Positions 1-13,860 of a DNA stretch of 64,000 nt are shown one piece after another. The notes under the pieces were generated by a model, which saw nothing but the letters and a program-made list of their open reading frames with translations, had not been told where the DNA came from and made no database searches. Positions within the stretch are counted from its first letter, which is position 1; each line of letters opens with the position of its first letter. The stretch is from assembly GCF_009914755.1 (NCBI RefSeq), contig NC_060925.1, one strand, 5' to 3'. Made by a program: the position numbers and the translations under genes. The stretch is from the human T2T-CHM13v2.0 reference genome, Homo sapiens.

Positions 1-798
1 TTGAAATGGATGGACTCATCATCGAATGGATTCGAATGGAATCATCGAATAAAATTGATTGAAATCATCATCCAATGGAATCGAATGGTATCATTGAATG
101 GAATCGAATGGAATCATCATCAGATGGAAATGAATGGAATCGTCATAGAATGGAATCGAATGGATTCATTGAATGGAATCAGATGGAATCATCGAATGGA
201 CTGGAATGGAATCATTGAATGGACTCGAAAGGGATCATTATTGAATGGAATTGAATGGAATCATCGAATGGTCTCGATTGGAATCATTATCAAATGGAAT
301 CGAATGAAATCACCGAACAGAATCGAATGGAACAATCATCGAATGGACTCAAATGGAATTATCCTCCAATGGAATCGAATGGAATTATCGAATGCAATCG
401 AATGGAATTATCGAATGCAATCGAATAGAATCATCGAATGGACTCGAATGGAATCATCGAATGGAATGGAATGGAACAGTCAATGAACTCGAATGGAATC
501 ATCATTGAATGGAATCGAATGGAATCATCGAGTGGAATCGAATGGAATTATGATCAAATGGAATCGAATGTAATCATCATCAAATGGAATCAAAAATAAC
601 CATCATCAATTGGTATTGAATGGAATTGTCATCAAATGGAATTCAAAGGAATCATCATCAAATGGAACCGAATGGAATCCTCATTGAACGGAAATGAAAG
701 GGGTCATCATCTAATGGAATCGCATGGAATCATCATCAAATGGAATCGAATGGAATCATCATCAAATGGAATCTAATGGAATCATTGAACAGAATTGA

Positions 799-1630
799 AT
801 GGAATCGTCATCGAATGAATTGAATGCAATCATCGAATGGTCTCGAATGGAATCATCTTCTAATGGAAAGGAATGGAATCATCGCATAGAATCGAATGGA
901 ATTATCATCGAATGGAATCGAATGGTATCAACACCAAACGGAAAAAAACGGAATTATCGAATGGAATCGAAGAGAATCTTCGAACGGACCCGAATGGAAT
1001 CATCTAATGGAATGGAATGGAATAATCCATGGACTCGAATGCAATCATCATCGAATGGAATCGAATGGAATCATCGAATGGACTCGAATGGAATAATCAT
1101 TGAACGGAATCGAATGGAATCATCATCGGATGGAAACGAATGGAATCATCATCGAATGGAAATGAAAGGAGTCATCACCTAATGGAATTGCATGGAATCA
1201 TCATAAAATGGAATCGAATGGAATCAACATCAAATGGAATCAAATGGAATCATTGAACGGAATTGAATGGAATCGTCATCGAATGAATTGACTGCAATCA
1301 TCGAATGGTCTCGAATGGAATCATCTTCAAATGGAATGGAATGGAATCATCGCATAGAATCGAATGGAATTATCATCGAATGGAATCGAATGGAATCAAC
1401 ATCAAACGGAAAAAAACGGAATTATCGAATGGAATCGAAGAGAATCATCGAATGGACCCGAATGGAATCATCTAATGGAATGGAATGGAATAATCCATGG
1501 ACTCGAATGCAATCATCATCGAATGGAATCGAATGGAATCATCGAATGGACTCGAATGGAATAATCATTGAACGGAATCGAATGGATTCATCATCGGATG
1601 GAAATGAATGGAATCATCATCGAATGGAAT
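799..1630 (+). repeat. Internal ~468-bp direct duplication (subunits A and B) within each canonical unit
   Basis: Near-identical sequence starts at 799 and 1267 (offset 468), each with ggaaaaaaacgg and aatccatgg. Diagnostic differences A/B: ttgaatgca/ttgactgca, tctaatggaaagg/tcaaatggaatgg, ggtatcaacacc/ggaatcaacatc, atcttcgaacgg/atcatcgaatgg. Confidence 0.93.
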
Positions 1631-2579
1631 CGAATAGAATTATGGAATGAAATCCAGTGTGATCATCATCGAATGGACCCGAATGGAATCATCATCCAAC
1701 GGAAGCTAATGGAATCAACATCGAATGAATCGAATGGAAACGCCATCGAATTGAAACGAATGGAATTATCATGAAATTGAAATGGATGGACTCATCATCG
1801 AATGGATTCGAATGGAATCATCGAATAAAATTGATTGAAATCATCATCGAATGGAATCGAATGGTATCATTGAATGGAATCGAATGGAATCATCATCAGA
1901 TGGAAATGAATGGAATCGTCATAGAATGGAATCGAATGGATTCATTGAATGGAATCAGATGGAATCATCGAATGGACTGGAATGGAATCATTGAATGGAC
2001 TCGAAAGGGATCATGATTGAATGGAATTGAATGGAATCATCGAATGGTCTCGATTGGAATCATTATCAAATGGAATCGAATGGAATCACCGAATAGAATC
2101 GAATGGAACAATCATCGAATGGACTCAAATGGAATTATCCTCAAATGGAATCGAATGGAATTATCGAATGCAATCGAATGGAATTATCGAATGCAATCGA
2201 ATAGAATCATCGAATGGACTCGAATGGAATCATCGAATGGAATGGAATGGAATGGAACAGTCAATGAACTCGAATGGAATCATCATTGAATGGAATCGAA
2301 TGGAATCTTCGAGTAGAATCGAATGGAATTATGATCAAATGGAATCGAATGTAATCATCATCAAATGGAATCAAAAATAACCATCATCAATTGGTATTGA
2401 ATGGAATTGTCATCAAATGGAATTCAAAGGAATCATCATCAAATGGAACCGAATGGAATCCTCATTGAATGGAAATGAAAGGGGTCATCATCTAATGGAA
2501 TCGCATGGAATCATCATCAAATGGAATCGAATGGAATCATCATCAAATGGAATCTAATGGAATCATTGAACAGAATTGA
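799..2579 (+). repeat. Representative repeat unit (1781-bp variant). Unit starts: 799, 2580, 4356, 6137, 7918, 9694, 11470, 13861, 15784, 18175, 20566, 22342, 24118, 25894, 27670, 29446, 31221, 32997, 34060, 35836, 37612, 39388, 41164, 42227, 43512, 45903, 47679, 49451, 51227, 53003, 54775, 56528, 58304, 60080, 62445
   Basis: Spacing of the subunit-A start gives lengths 1781, 1776, 1781, 1781, 1776, 1776, 2391, 1923, 2391, 2391, 1776x5, 1775, 1776, 1063, 1776x4, 1063, 1285, 2391, 1776, 1772, 1776, 1776, 1772, 1753, 1776, 1776, 2365. Confidence 0.9.
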
Positions 2580-5500
2580 ATGGAATCGTCATCGAATGAA
2601 TTGAATGCAATCATCGAATGGTCTCGAATGGAATCATCTTCTAATGGAAAGGAATGGAATCATCGCATAGAATCGAATGGAATTATCATCGAATGGAATC
2701 GAATGGTATCAACACCAAACGGAAAAAAACGGAATTATCGAATGGAATCGAAGAGAATCTTCGAACGGACCCGAATGGAATCATCTAATGGAATGGAATG
2801 GAATAATCCATGGACTCGAATGCAATCATCATCGAATGGAATCGAATGGAATCATCGAATGGACTCGAATGGAATAATCATTGAACGGAATCGAATGGAA
2901 TCATCATCGGATGGAAACGAATGGAATCATCATCGAATGGAAATGAAAGGAGTCATCATCTAATGGAATTGCATGGAATCATCATAAAATGGAATCGAAT
3001 GGAATCAACATCAAATGGAATCAAATGGAATCATTGAACGGAATTGAATGGAATCGTCATCGAATGAATTGACTGCAATCATCCAATGGTCTCGAATGGA
3101 ATCATCTTCAAATGGAATGGAATGGAATCATCGCATAGAATCGAATGGAATTATCGTCGAATGGAATCGAATGGAATCAACATCAAACGGAAAAAAACGG
3201 AATTATCGAATGGAATCGAAGAGAATCATCGAATGGACCCGAATGGAATCATCTAATGGAATGGAATGGAATAATCCATGGACTCGAATGCAATCATCAT
3301 CGAATGGAATCGAATGGAATCATCGAATGGACTCGAATGGAATAATCATTGAACGGAATCGAATGGAATCATCATCGGATGGAAATGAATGGAATCATCA
3401 TCGAATGGAATCGAATAGAATTATGGAATGAAATCCAGTGTGATCATCATCGAATGGACCCGAATGGAATCATCATCCAACGGAAGCTAATGGAATCAAC
3501 ATCGAATGAATCAAATGGAAACACCATCGAATTGAAACGAATGGAATTATCATGAAATTGAAATGGATGGACTCATCATCGAATGGATTCGAATCGAATC
3601 ATCGAATAAAATTGATTGAAATCATCATCGAATGGAATCGAATGGTATCATTGAATGGAATCGAATGGAATCATCATCAGATGGAAATGAATGGAATCGT
3701 CATAGAATGGAATCGAATGGATTCATTGAATGGAATCAGATGGAATCATCGAATGGACTGGAATGGAATCATTGAATGGACTCGAAAGGGATCATGATTG
3801 AATGGAATTGAATGGAATCATCGAATGGTCTCGATTGGAATCATTATCAAATGGAATCGAATGGAATCACCGAATAGAATCGAATGGAACAATCATCGAA
3901 TGGACTCAAATGGAATTATCCTCCAATGGAATCGAATGGAAGTATCGAATGCAATCGAATGGAATTATCGAATGCAATCGAATAGAATCATCGAATGGAC
4001 TCGAATGGAATCATCGAATGGAATGGAATGGAACAGTCAATGAACTCGAATGGAATCATCATTGAATGGAATCGAATGGAATCATCGAGTGGAATCGAAT
4101 GGAATTATGATCAAATGGAATCGAATGTAATCATCATCAAATGGAATCAAAAATAACCATCATCAATTGGTATTGAATGGAATTGTCATCAAATGGAATT
4201 CAAAGGAATCAATATCAAATGGAACCGAATGGAATCCTCATTGAATGGAAATGAAAGGGGTCATCATCTAATGGAATTGCATGGAATCATCATCAAATGG
4301 AATCGAATGGAATCATCATCAAATGGAATCTAATGGAATCATTGAACAGAATTGAATGGAATCGTCATCGAATGAATTGAATGCAATCATCGAATGGTCT
4401 CGAATGGAATCATCTTCTAATGGAAAGGAATGGAATCATCGCATAGAATCGAATGGAATTATCATCGAATGGAATCGAATGGTATCAACACCAAACGGAA
4501 AAAAACGGAATTATCGAATGGAATCGAAGAGAATCTTCGAACGGACCCGAATGGAATCATCTAATGGAATGGAATGGAATAATCCATGGACTCGAATGCA
4601 ATCATCATCGAATGGAATCGAATGGAATCATCGAATGGACTCGAATGGAATAATCATTGAACGGAATCGATTGGAATCATCATCGGATGGAAACGAATGG
4701 AATCATCATCGAATGGAAATGAAAGGAGTCATCATCTAATGGAATTGCATGGAATCATCATAAAATGGAATCGAATGGAATCAACATCAAATGGAATCAA
4801 ATGGAATCATTGAACGGAATTGAATGGAATCGTCATCGAATGAATTGACTGCAATCATCCAATGGTCTCGAATGGAATCATCTTCAAATGGAATGGAATG
4901 GAATCATCGCATAGAATCGAATGGAATTATCATCGAATGGAATCGAATGGAATCAACATCCAACGGAAAAAAACGGAATTATCGAATGGAATCGAAGAGA
5001 ATCATCGAATGGACCCGAATGGAATCATCTAATGGAATGGAATGGAATAATCCATGGACTCGAATGCAATCATCATCGAATGGAATCGAATGGAATCATC
5101 GAATGGACTCGAATGGAATAATCATTGAACGGAATCGAATGGAATCATCATCGGATGGAAATGAATGGAATCATCATCGAATGGAATCGAATAGAATTAT
5201 GGAATGAAATCCAGTGTGATCATCATCGAATGGACCCGAATGGAATCATCATCCAACGGAAGCTAATGGAATCAACATCGAATGAATCAAATGGAAACAC
5301 CATCGAATTGAAACGAATGGAATTATCATGAAATTGAAATGGATGGACTCATCATCGAATGGATTCGAATGGAATCATCGAATAAAATTGATTGAAATCA
5401 TCATCGAATGGAATCGAATGGTATCATTGAATGGAATCGAATGGAATCATCATCAGATGGAAATGAATGGAATCGTCATAGAATGGAATCGAATGGATTC

Positions 5501-8500
5501 ATTGAATGGAATCAGATGGAATCATCGAATGGACTGGAATGGAATCATTGAATGGACTCGAAAGGGATCATGATTGAATGGAATTGAATGGAATCATCGA
5601 ATGGTCTCGATTGGAATCATTATCAAATGGAATCGAATGGAATCACCGAATAGAATCGAATGGAACAATCATCGAATGGACTCAAATGGAATTATCCTCA
5701 AATGGAATCGAATGGAATTATCGAATGCAATCGAATGGAATTATCGAATGCAATCGAATAGAATCATCGAATGGACTCGAATGGAATCATCGAATGGAAT
5801 GGAATGGAATGGAACAGTCAATGAACTCGAATGGAATCATCATTGAATGGAATCGAATGGAATCTTCGAGTAGAATCGAATGGAATTATGATCAAATGGA
5901 ATCGAATGTAATCATCATCAAATGGAATCAAAAATAACCATCATCAATTGGTATTGAATGGAATTGTCATCAAATGGAATTCAAAGGAATCATCATCAAA
6001 TGGAACCGAATGGAATCCTCATTGAATGGAAATGAAAGGGGTCATCATCTAATGGAATCGCATGGAATCATCATCAAATGGAATCGAATGGAATCATCAT
6101 CAAATGGAATCTAATGGAATCATTGAACTGAATTGAATGGAATCGTCATCGAATTAATTGAATGCAATCATCGAATGGTCTCGAATGGAATCATCTTCTA
6201 ATGGAAAGGAATGGAATCATCGCATAGAATCGAATGGAATTATCATCGAATGGAATCGAATGGTATCAACACCAAACGGAAAAAAACGGAATTATCGAAT
6301 GGAATCGAAGAGAATCTTCGAACGGACCCGAATGGAATCATCTAATGGAATGGAATGGAATAATCCATGGACTCGAATGCAATCATCATCGAATGGAATC
6401 GAATGGAATCATCGAATGGACTCGAATGGAATAATCATTGAACGGAATCGAATGGAATCATCATCGGATGGAAACGAATGGAATCATCATCGAATGAAAA
6501 TGAAAGGAGTCATCATCTAATGGAATTGCATGGAATCATCATAAAATGGAATCGAATGGAATCAACATCAAATGGAATCAAATGGAATCATTGAACGGAA
6601 TTGAATGGAATCGTCATCGAATGAATTGACTGCAATCATCCAATGGTCTCGAATGGAATCATCTTCAAATGGAATGGAATGGAATCATCGCATAGAATCG
6701 AATGGAATTATCGTCGAATGGAATCGAATGGAATCAACATCAAACGGAAAAAAACGGAATTATCGAATGGAATCGAAGAGAATCATCGAATGGACCCGAA
6801 TGGAATCATCTAATGGAATGGAATGGAATAATCCATGGACTCGAATGCAATCATCATCGAATGGAATCGAATGTAATCATCGAATGGACTCGAATGGAAT
6901 AATCATTGAACGGAATCGAATGGAATCATCATCGGATGGAAATGAATGGAATCATCATCGAATGGAATCGAATAGAATTATGGAATGAAATCCAGTGTGA
7001 TCATCATCGAATGGACCCGAATGGAATCATCATCCAACGGAAGCTAATGGAATCAACATCGAATGAATCAAATGGAAACACCATCGAATTGAAACGAATG
7101 GAATTATCATGAAATTGAAATGGATGGACTCATCATCGAATGGATTCGAATGGAATCATCGAATAAAATTGATTGAAATCATCATCGAATGGAATCGAAT
7201 GGTATCATTGAATGGAATCGAATGGAATCATCATCAGATGGAAATGAATGGAATCGTCATAGAATGGAATCGAATGGATTCATTGAATGGAATCAGATGG
7301 AATCATCGAATGGACTGGAATGGAATCATTGAATGGACTCGAAAGGGATCATTATTGAATGGAATTGAATGGAATCATCGAATGGTCTCGATTGGAATCA
7401 TTATCAAATGGAATCGAATGGAATTACCGAATAGAATCGAATGGAACAATCATCGAATGGACTCAAATGGAATTATCCTCCAATGGAATCGAATGGAATT
7501 ATCGAATGCAATCGAATGGAATTATCGAATGCAATCGAATAGAATCATCGAATGGACTCGAATGGAATCATCGAATGGAATGGAATGGAATGGAACAGTC
7601 AATGAACTCGAATGGAATCATCATTGAATGGAATCGAATGGAATCTTCGAGTAGAATCGAATGGAATTATGATCAAATGGAATCGAATGTAATCATCATC
7701 AAATGGAATCAAAAATAACCATCATCAATTGGTATTGAATGGAATTGTCATCAAATGGAATTCAAAGGAATCATCATCAAATGGAACCGAATGGAATCCT
7801 CATTGAATGGAAATGAAAGGGGTCATCATCTAATGGAATCGCATGGAATCATCATCAAATGGAATCGAATGGAATCATCATCAAATGGAATCTAATGGAA
7901 TCATTGAACAGAATTGAATGGAATCGTCATCGAATGAATTGAATGCAATCATCGAATGGTCTCGAATGGAATCATCTTCTAATGGAAAGGAATGGAATCA
8001 TCGCATAGAATCGAATGGAATTATCATCGAATGGAATCGAATGGTATCAACACCAAACGGAAAAAAACGGAATTATCGAATGGAATCGAAGAGAATCTTC
8101 GAACGGACCCGAATGGAATCATCTAATGGAATGGAATGGAATAATCCATGGACTCGAATGCAATCATCATCGAATGGAATCGAATGGAATCATCGAATGG
8201 ACTTGAATGGAATAATCATTGAACGGAATCGATTGGAATCATCATCGGATGGAAACGAATGGAATCATCATCGAATGGAAATGAAAGGAGTCATCATCTA
8301 ATGGAATTGCATGGAATCATCATAAAATGGAATCGAATGGAATCAACATCAAATGGAATCAAATGGAATCATTGAACGGAATTGAATGGAATCGTCATCG
8401 AATGAATTGACTGCAATCATCCAATGGTCTCGAATGGAATCATCTTCAAATGGAATGGAATGGAATCATCGCATAGAATCGAATGGAATTATCATCGAAT

Positions 8501-11469
8501 GGAATCGAATGGAATCAACATCCAACGGAAAAAAACGGAATTATCGAATGGAATCGAAGAGAATCATCGAATGGACCCGAATGGAATCATCTAATGGAAT
8601 GGAATGGAATAATCCATGGACTCGAATGCAATCATCATCGAATGGAATCGAATGGAATCATCGAATGGACTCGAATGGAATAATCATTGAACGGAATCGA
8701 ATGGAATCATCATCGGATGGAAATGAATGGAATCATCATCGAATGGAATCGAATAGAATTATGGAATGAAATCCAGTGTGATCATCATCGAATGGACCCG
8801 AATGGAATCATCATCCAACGGAAGCTAATGGAATCAACATCGAATGAATCAAATGGAAACACCATCGAATTGAAACGAATGGAATTATCATGAAATTGAA
8901 ATGGATGGACTCATCATCGAATGGATTCGAATGGAATCATCGAATAAAATTGATTGAAATCATCATCCAATGGAATCGAATGGTATCATTGAATGGAATC
9001 GAATGGAATCATCATCAGATGGAAATGAATGGAATCGTCATAGAATGGAATCGAATGGATTCATTGAATGGAATCAGATGGAATCATCGAATGGACTGGA
9101 ATGGAATCATTGAATGGACTCGAAAGGGATCATTATTGAATGGAATTGAATGGAATCATCGAATGGTCTCGATTGGAATCATTATCAAATGGAATCGAAT
9201 GGAATCACCGAATAGAATCGAATGGAACAATCATCGAATGGACTCAAATGGAATTATCCTCCAATGGAATCGAATGGAATTATCGAATGCAATCGAATGG
9301 AATTATCGAATGCAATCGAATAGAATCATCGAATGGACTCGAATGGAATCATCGAATGGAATGGAATGGAACAGTCAATGAATGCGAATGGAATCATTAT
9401 TGAATGGAATCGAATGGAATCATCGAGTGGAATCGAATGGAATTATGATCAAATGGAATCGAATGTAATCATCATCAAATGGAATCAAAAATAACCATCA
9501 TCAATTGGTATTGAATGGAATTGTCATCAAATGGAATTCAAAGGAATCATCATCAAATGGAACCGAATGGAATCCTCATTGAATGGAAATGAAAGGGGTC
9601 ATCATCTAATGGAATCGCATGGAATCATCATCAAATGGAATCGAATGGAATCATCATCAAATGGAATCTAATGGAATCATTGAACAGAATTGAATGGAAT
9701 CGTCATCGAATGAATTGAATGCAATCATCGAATGGTCTCGAATGGAATCATCTTCTAATGGAAAGGAATGGAATCATCGCATAGAATCGAATGGAATTAT
9801 CATCGAATGGAATCGAATGGTATCAACACCAAACGGAAAAAAACGGAATTATCGAATGGAATCGAAGAGAATCTTCGAACGGACCCGAATGGAATCATCT
9901 AATGGAATGGAATGGAATAATCCATGGACTCGAATGCAATCATCATCGAATGGAATCGAATGGAATCATCGAATGGACTCGAATGGAATAATCATTGAAC
10001 GGAATCGATTGGAATCATCATCGGATGGAAACGAATGGAATCATCATCGAATGGAAATGAAAGGAGTCATCATCTAATGGAATTGCATGGAATCATCATA
10101 AAATGGAATCGAATGGAATCAACATCAAATGGAATCAAATGGAATCATTGAACGGAATTGAATGGAATCGTCATCGAATGAATTGACTGCAATCATCCAA
10201 TGGTCTCGAATGGAATCATCTTCAAATGGAATGGAATGGAATCATCGCATAGAATCGAATGGAATTATCATCGAATGGAATCGAATGGAATCAACATCCA
10301 ACGGAAAAAAACGGAATTATCGAATGGAATCGAAGAGAATCATCGAATGGACCCGAATGGAATCATCTAATGGAATGGAATGGAATAATCCATGGACTCG
10401 AATGCAATCATCATCGAATGGAATCGAATGGAATCATCGAATGGACTCGAATGGAATAATCATTGAACGGAATCGAATGGAATCATCATCGGATGGAAAT
10501 GAATGGAATCATCATCGAATGGAATCGAATAGAATTATGGAATGAAATCCAGTGTGATCATCATCGAATGGACCCGAATGGAATCATCATCCAACGGAAG
10601 CTAATGGAATCAACATCGAATGAATCAAATGGAAACACCATCGAATTGAAACGAATGGAATTATCATGAAATTGAAATGGATGGACTCATCATCGAATGG
10701 ATTCGAATGGAATCATCGAATAAAATTGATTGAAATCATCATCGAATGGAATCGAATGGTATCATTGAATGGAATCGAATGGAATCATCATCAGATGGAA
10801 ATGAATGGAATCGTCATAGAATGGAATCGAATGGATTCATTGAATGGAATCAGATGGAATCATCGAATGGACTGGAATGGAATCATTGAATGGACTCGAA
10901 AGGGATCATGATTGAATGGAATTGAATGGAATCATCGAATGGTCTCGATTGGAATCATTATCAAATGGAATCGAATGGAATCACCGAATAGAATCGAATG
11001 GAACAATCATCGAATGGACTCAAATGGAATTATCCTCAAATGGAATCGAATGGAATTATCGAATGCAATCGAATGGAATTATCGAATACAATCGAATAGA
11101 ATCATCGAATGGACTCGAATGGAATCATCGAATGGAATGGAATGGAACAGTCAATGAACTCGAATGGAATCATCATTGAATGGAATCGAATGGAATCATC
11201 GAGTGGAATCGAATGGAATTATGATCAAATGGAATCGAATGTAATCATCATCAAATGGAATCAAAAATAACCATCATCAATTGGTATTGAATGGAATTGT
11301 CATCAAATGGAATTCAAAGGAATCATCATCAAATGGAACCGAATGGAATCCTCATTGAATGGAAATGAAAGGGGTCATCATCTAATGGAATCGCATGGAA
11401 TCATCATCAAATGGAATCGAATGGAATCATCATCAAATGGAATCTGATGGAATCATTGAACAGAATTGA

Positions 11470-12084
11470 ATGGAATCGTCATCGAATGAATTGAATGCAA
11501 TCATCGAATGGTCTCGAATGTAATCACATTCTAATGGAAAGGAATGGAATCATCGCATAGAATCGAATGGAATTAACATTGAATGGACTCGAATGGAATC
11601 AACATCAAAAGGAATCAAGCGGAATTATCGAATGGAATCGAAGAAAATCATCGAATGGTCTCGAATGGAATCATCTTCTAATGGAAAGGAATGGAATCAT
11701 CGCATAGAATCGAATGGAATTAACATTGAATGGACTCGAATGGAATCAACATCAAATGGAATCAAGCGGAATTATCGAATGAAATCGAAGAGAATCATCG
11801 AATGGACTCGAATGGAATCATCTAATGGAATGGAATGGAATAATCCACGGACTCGAATGCAATCATCATCGTATAGAATCGAATGGAATCATCGAATGGA
11901 CTCGAATGGAATAACCATTGAACGGAATCGAATGGAATCATCATCGGATGGAAACGAATGGAATCATCATCGAATGGAAATGTAAGGAGTCATCATCTAA
12001 TGGAATTGCATGGAATCATCATAAAATGGAATCGAATGGAATCATCATCAAATGGAATCAAATGGAATCATTGAACGGAATTGA
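11470..12084 (+). repeat. Divergent 615-bp module X, copy 1
   Basis: Contains aatgtaatcacattc, attaacattgaatggactcg, atcaagcgg (twice, 147 bp apart), aatccacgg and tcgtatagaa, none of which occur in canonical units. Confidence 0.9.
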
Positions 12085-13860
12085 ATGGAATCGTCATCGA
12101 ATGAATTGAATGCAATCATCGAATGGTCTCGAATGGAATCATCTTCAAATGGAATGGAATGGAATCATCGCATAGAATCGAATGGAATTATCATCGAATG
12201 GAATCGAAAGGAATCAACATCAAACGGAAAAAAACGGAATTATCGAATGGAATCGAAGAGAATCGTCGAACGGACCCGAATGGAATCATCTAATGGAATG
12301 GAATGGAATAATCCATGGACTCGAATGCAATCATCATCGAATGGAATCGAATGGAATCATCGAATGGACTCGAATGGAATAATCATTGAACGGAATCGAA
12401 TGGAATCATCATCAGATGGAAACGAATGGAATCATCATCGAATGGAAATGAAAGGAGTCATCATCTAATGGAATTGCATGGAATCATCATAAAATGGAAT
12501 CGAATGGAATCAACATCAAATGGAATCAAATGGAATCATTGAACGGAATTGAATGGAATCGTCATCGAATGAATTGACTGCAATCATCGAATGGTCTCGA
12601 ATGGAATCATCTTCAAATGGAATGGAATGGAATCATCGCATAGAATCGAATGGAATTATCATCGAGTGGAATCGAATGGAATCAACATCAAACGGAAAAA
12701 AACGGAATTATCGTATGGAATCGAAGAGAATCATCGAATGGACCCGAATGGAATCATCTAATGGAATGGAATGGAATAATCCATGGACTCGAATGCAATC
12801 ATCATCGCATGGAATCGAATGGAATCATCGAATGGACTCGAATGGAATAATCATTGAACGGAATCGAATGGAATCATCATCGGATGGAAATGAATGGAAT
12901 CATCATCGAATGGAATCGAATAGAATTATGGAATGAAATCCAGTGTGATCATCATCGAATGGACCCGAATGGAATCATCATCCAACGGAAGCTAATGGAA
13001 TCAACATCGAATGAATCGAATGGAAACACCATCGAATTGAAACGAATGGAATTATCATGAAATTGAAATGGATGGACTCATCATCGAATGGATTCGAATG
13101 GAATCATCGAATAAAATTGATTGAAATCATCATCCAATGGAATCGAATGGTATCATTGAATGGAATCGAATGGAATCATCATCAGATGGAAATGAATGGA
13201 ATCGTCATAGAATGGAATCGAATGGATTCATTGAATGGAATCAGATGGAATCATCGAATGGACTGGAATGGAATCATTGAATGGACTCGAAAGGGATCAT
13301 TATTGAATGGAATTGAATGGAATCATCGAATGGTCTCGATTGGAATCATTATCAAATGGAATCGAATGGAATCACCGAATAGAATCGAATGGAACAATCA
13401 TCGAATGGACTCAAATGGAATTATCCTCCAATGGAATCGAATGGAATTATCGAATGCAATCGAATGGAATTATCGAATGCAATCGAATAGAATCATCGGA
13501 TGGACTCGAATGGAATCATCGCATGGAATGGAATGGAACAGTCAATGAACTCGAATGGAATCATCATTGAATGGAATCGAATGGAATCATCGAGTGGAAT
13601 CGAATGGAATTATGATCAAATGGAATCGAATGTAATCATCATCAAATGGAATCAAAAATAACCATCATCAATTGGTATTGAATGGAATTGTCATCAAATG
13701 GAATTCAAAGGAATCATCATCAAATGGAACCGAATGGAATCCTCATTGAATGGAAATGAAAGGGGTCATCATCTAATGGAATCGCATGGAATCATCATCA
13801 AATGGAATCGAATGGAATCATCATCAAATGGAATCTGATGGAATCATTGAACAGAATTGA

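Noticed and set aside
46-56. AATAAA once per unit as a polyadenylation signal
   Set aside because: It is expected by chance in A-rich satellite, has no downstream GU/U-rich element, and there is no transcript evidence in the sequence.
936-952. aaacggaaaaaaacggaa as a CENP-B box or regulatory site
   Set aside because: It does not match the 17-bp CENP-B core, and this is not alpha satellite. It is best read as a diverged monomer.
1005-1025. HSat3 or (GGAAT)n microsatellite call
   Set aside because: Perfect GGAAT runs are only 3-4 copies long. The dominant ATCGAATGGAATCATC pattern is HSat2.
11470-12084. Module X as a transposon or foreign insertion
   Set aside because: It is HSat2 sequence homologous to subunits A and B, with no terminal repeats, poly(A) tail or target-site duplication.
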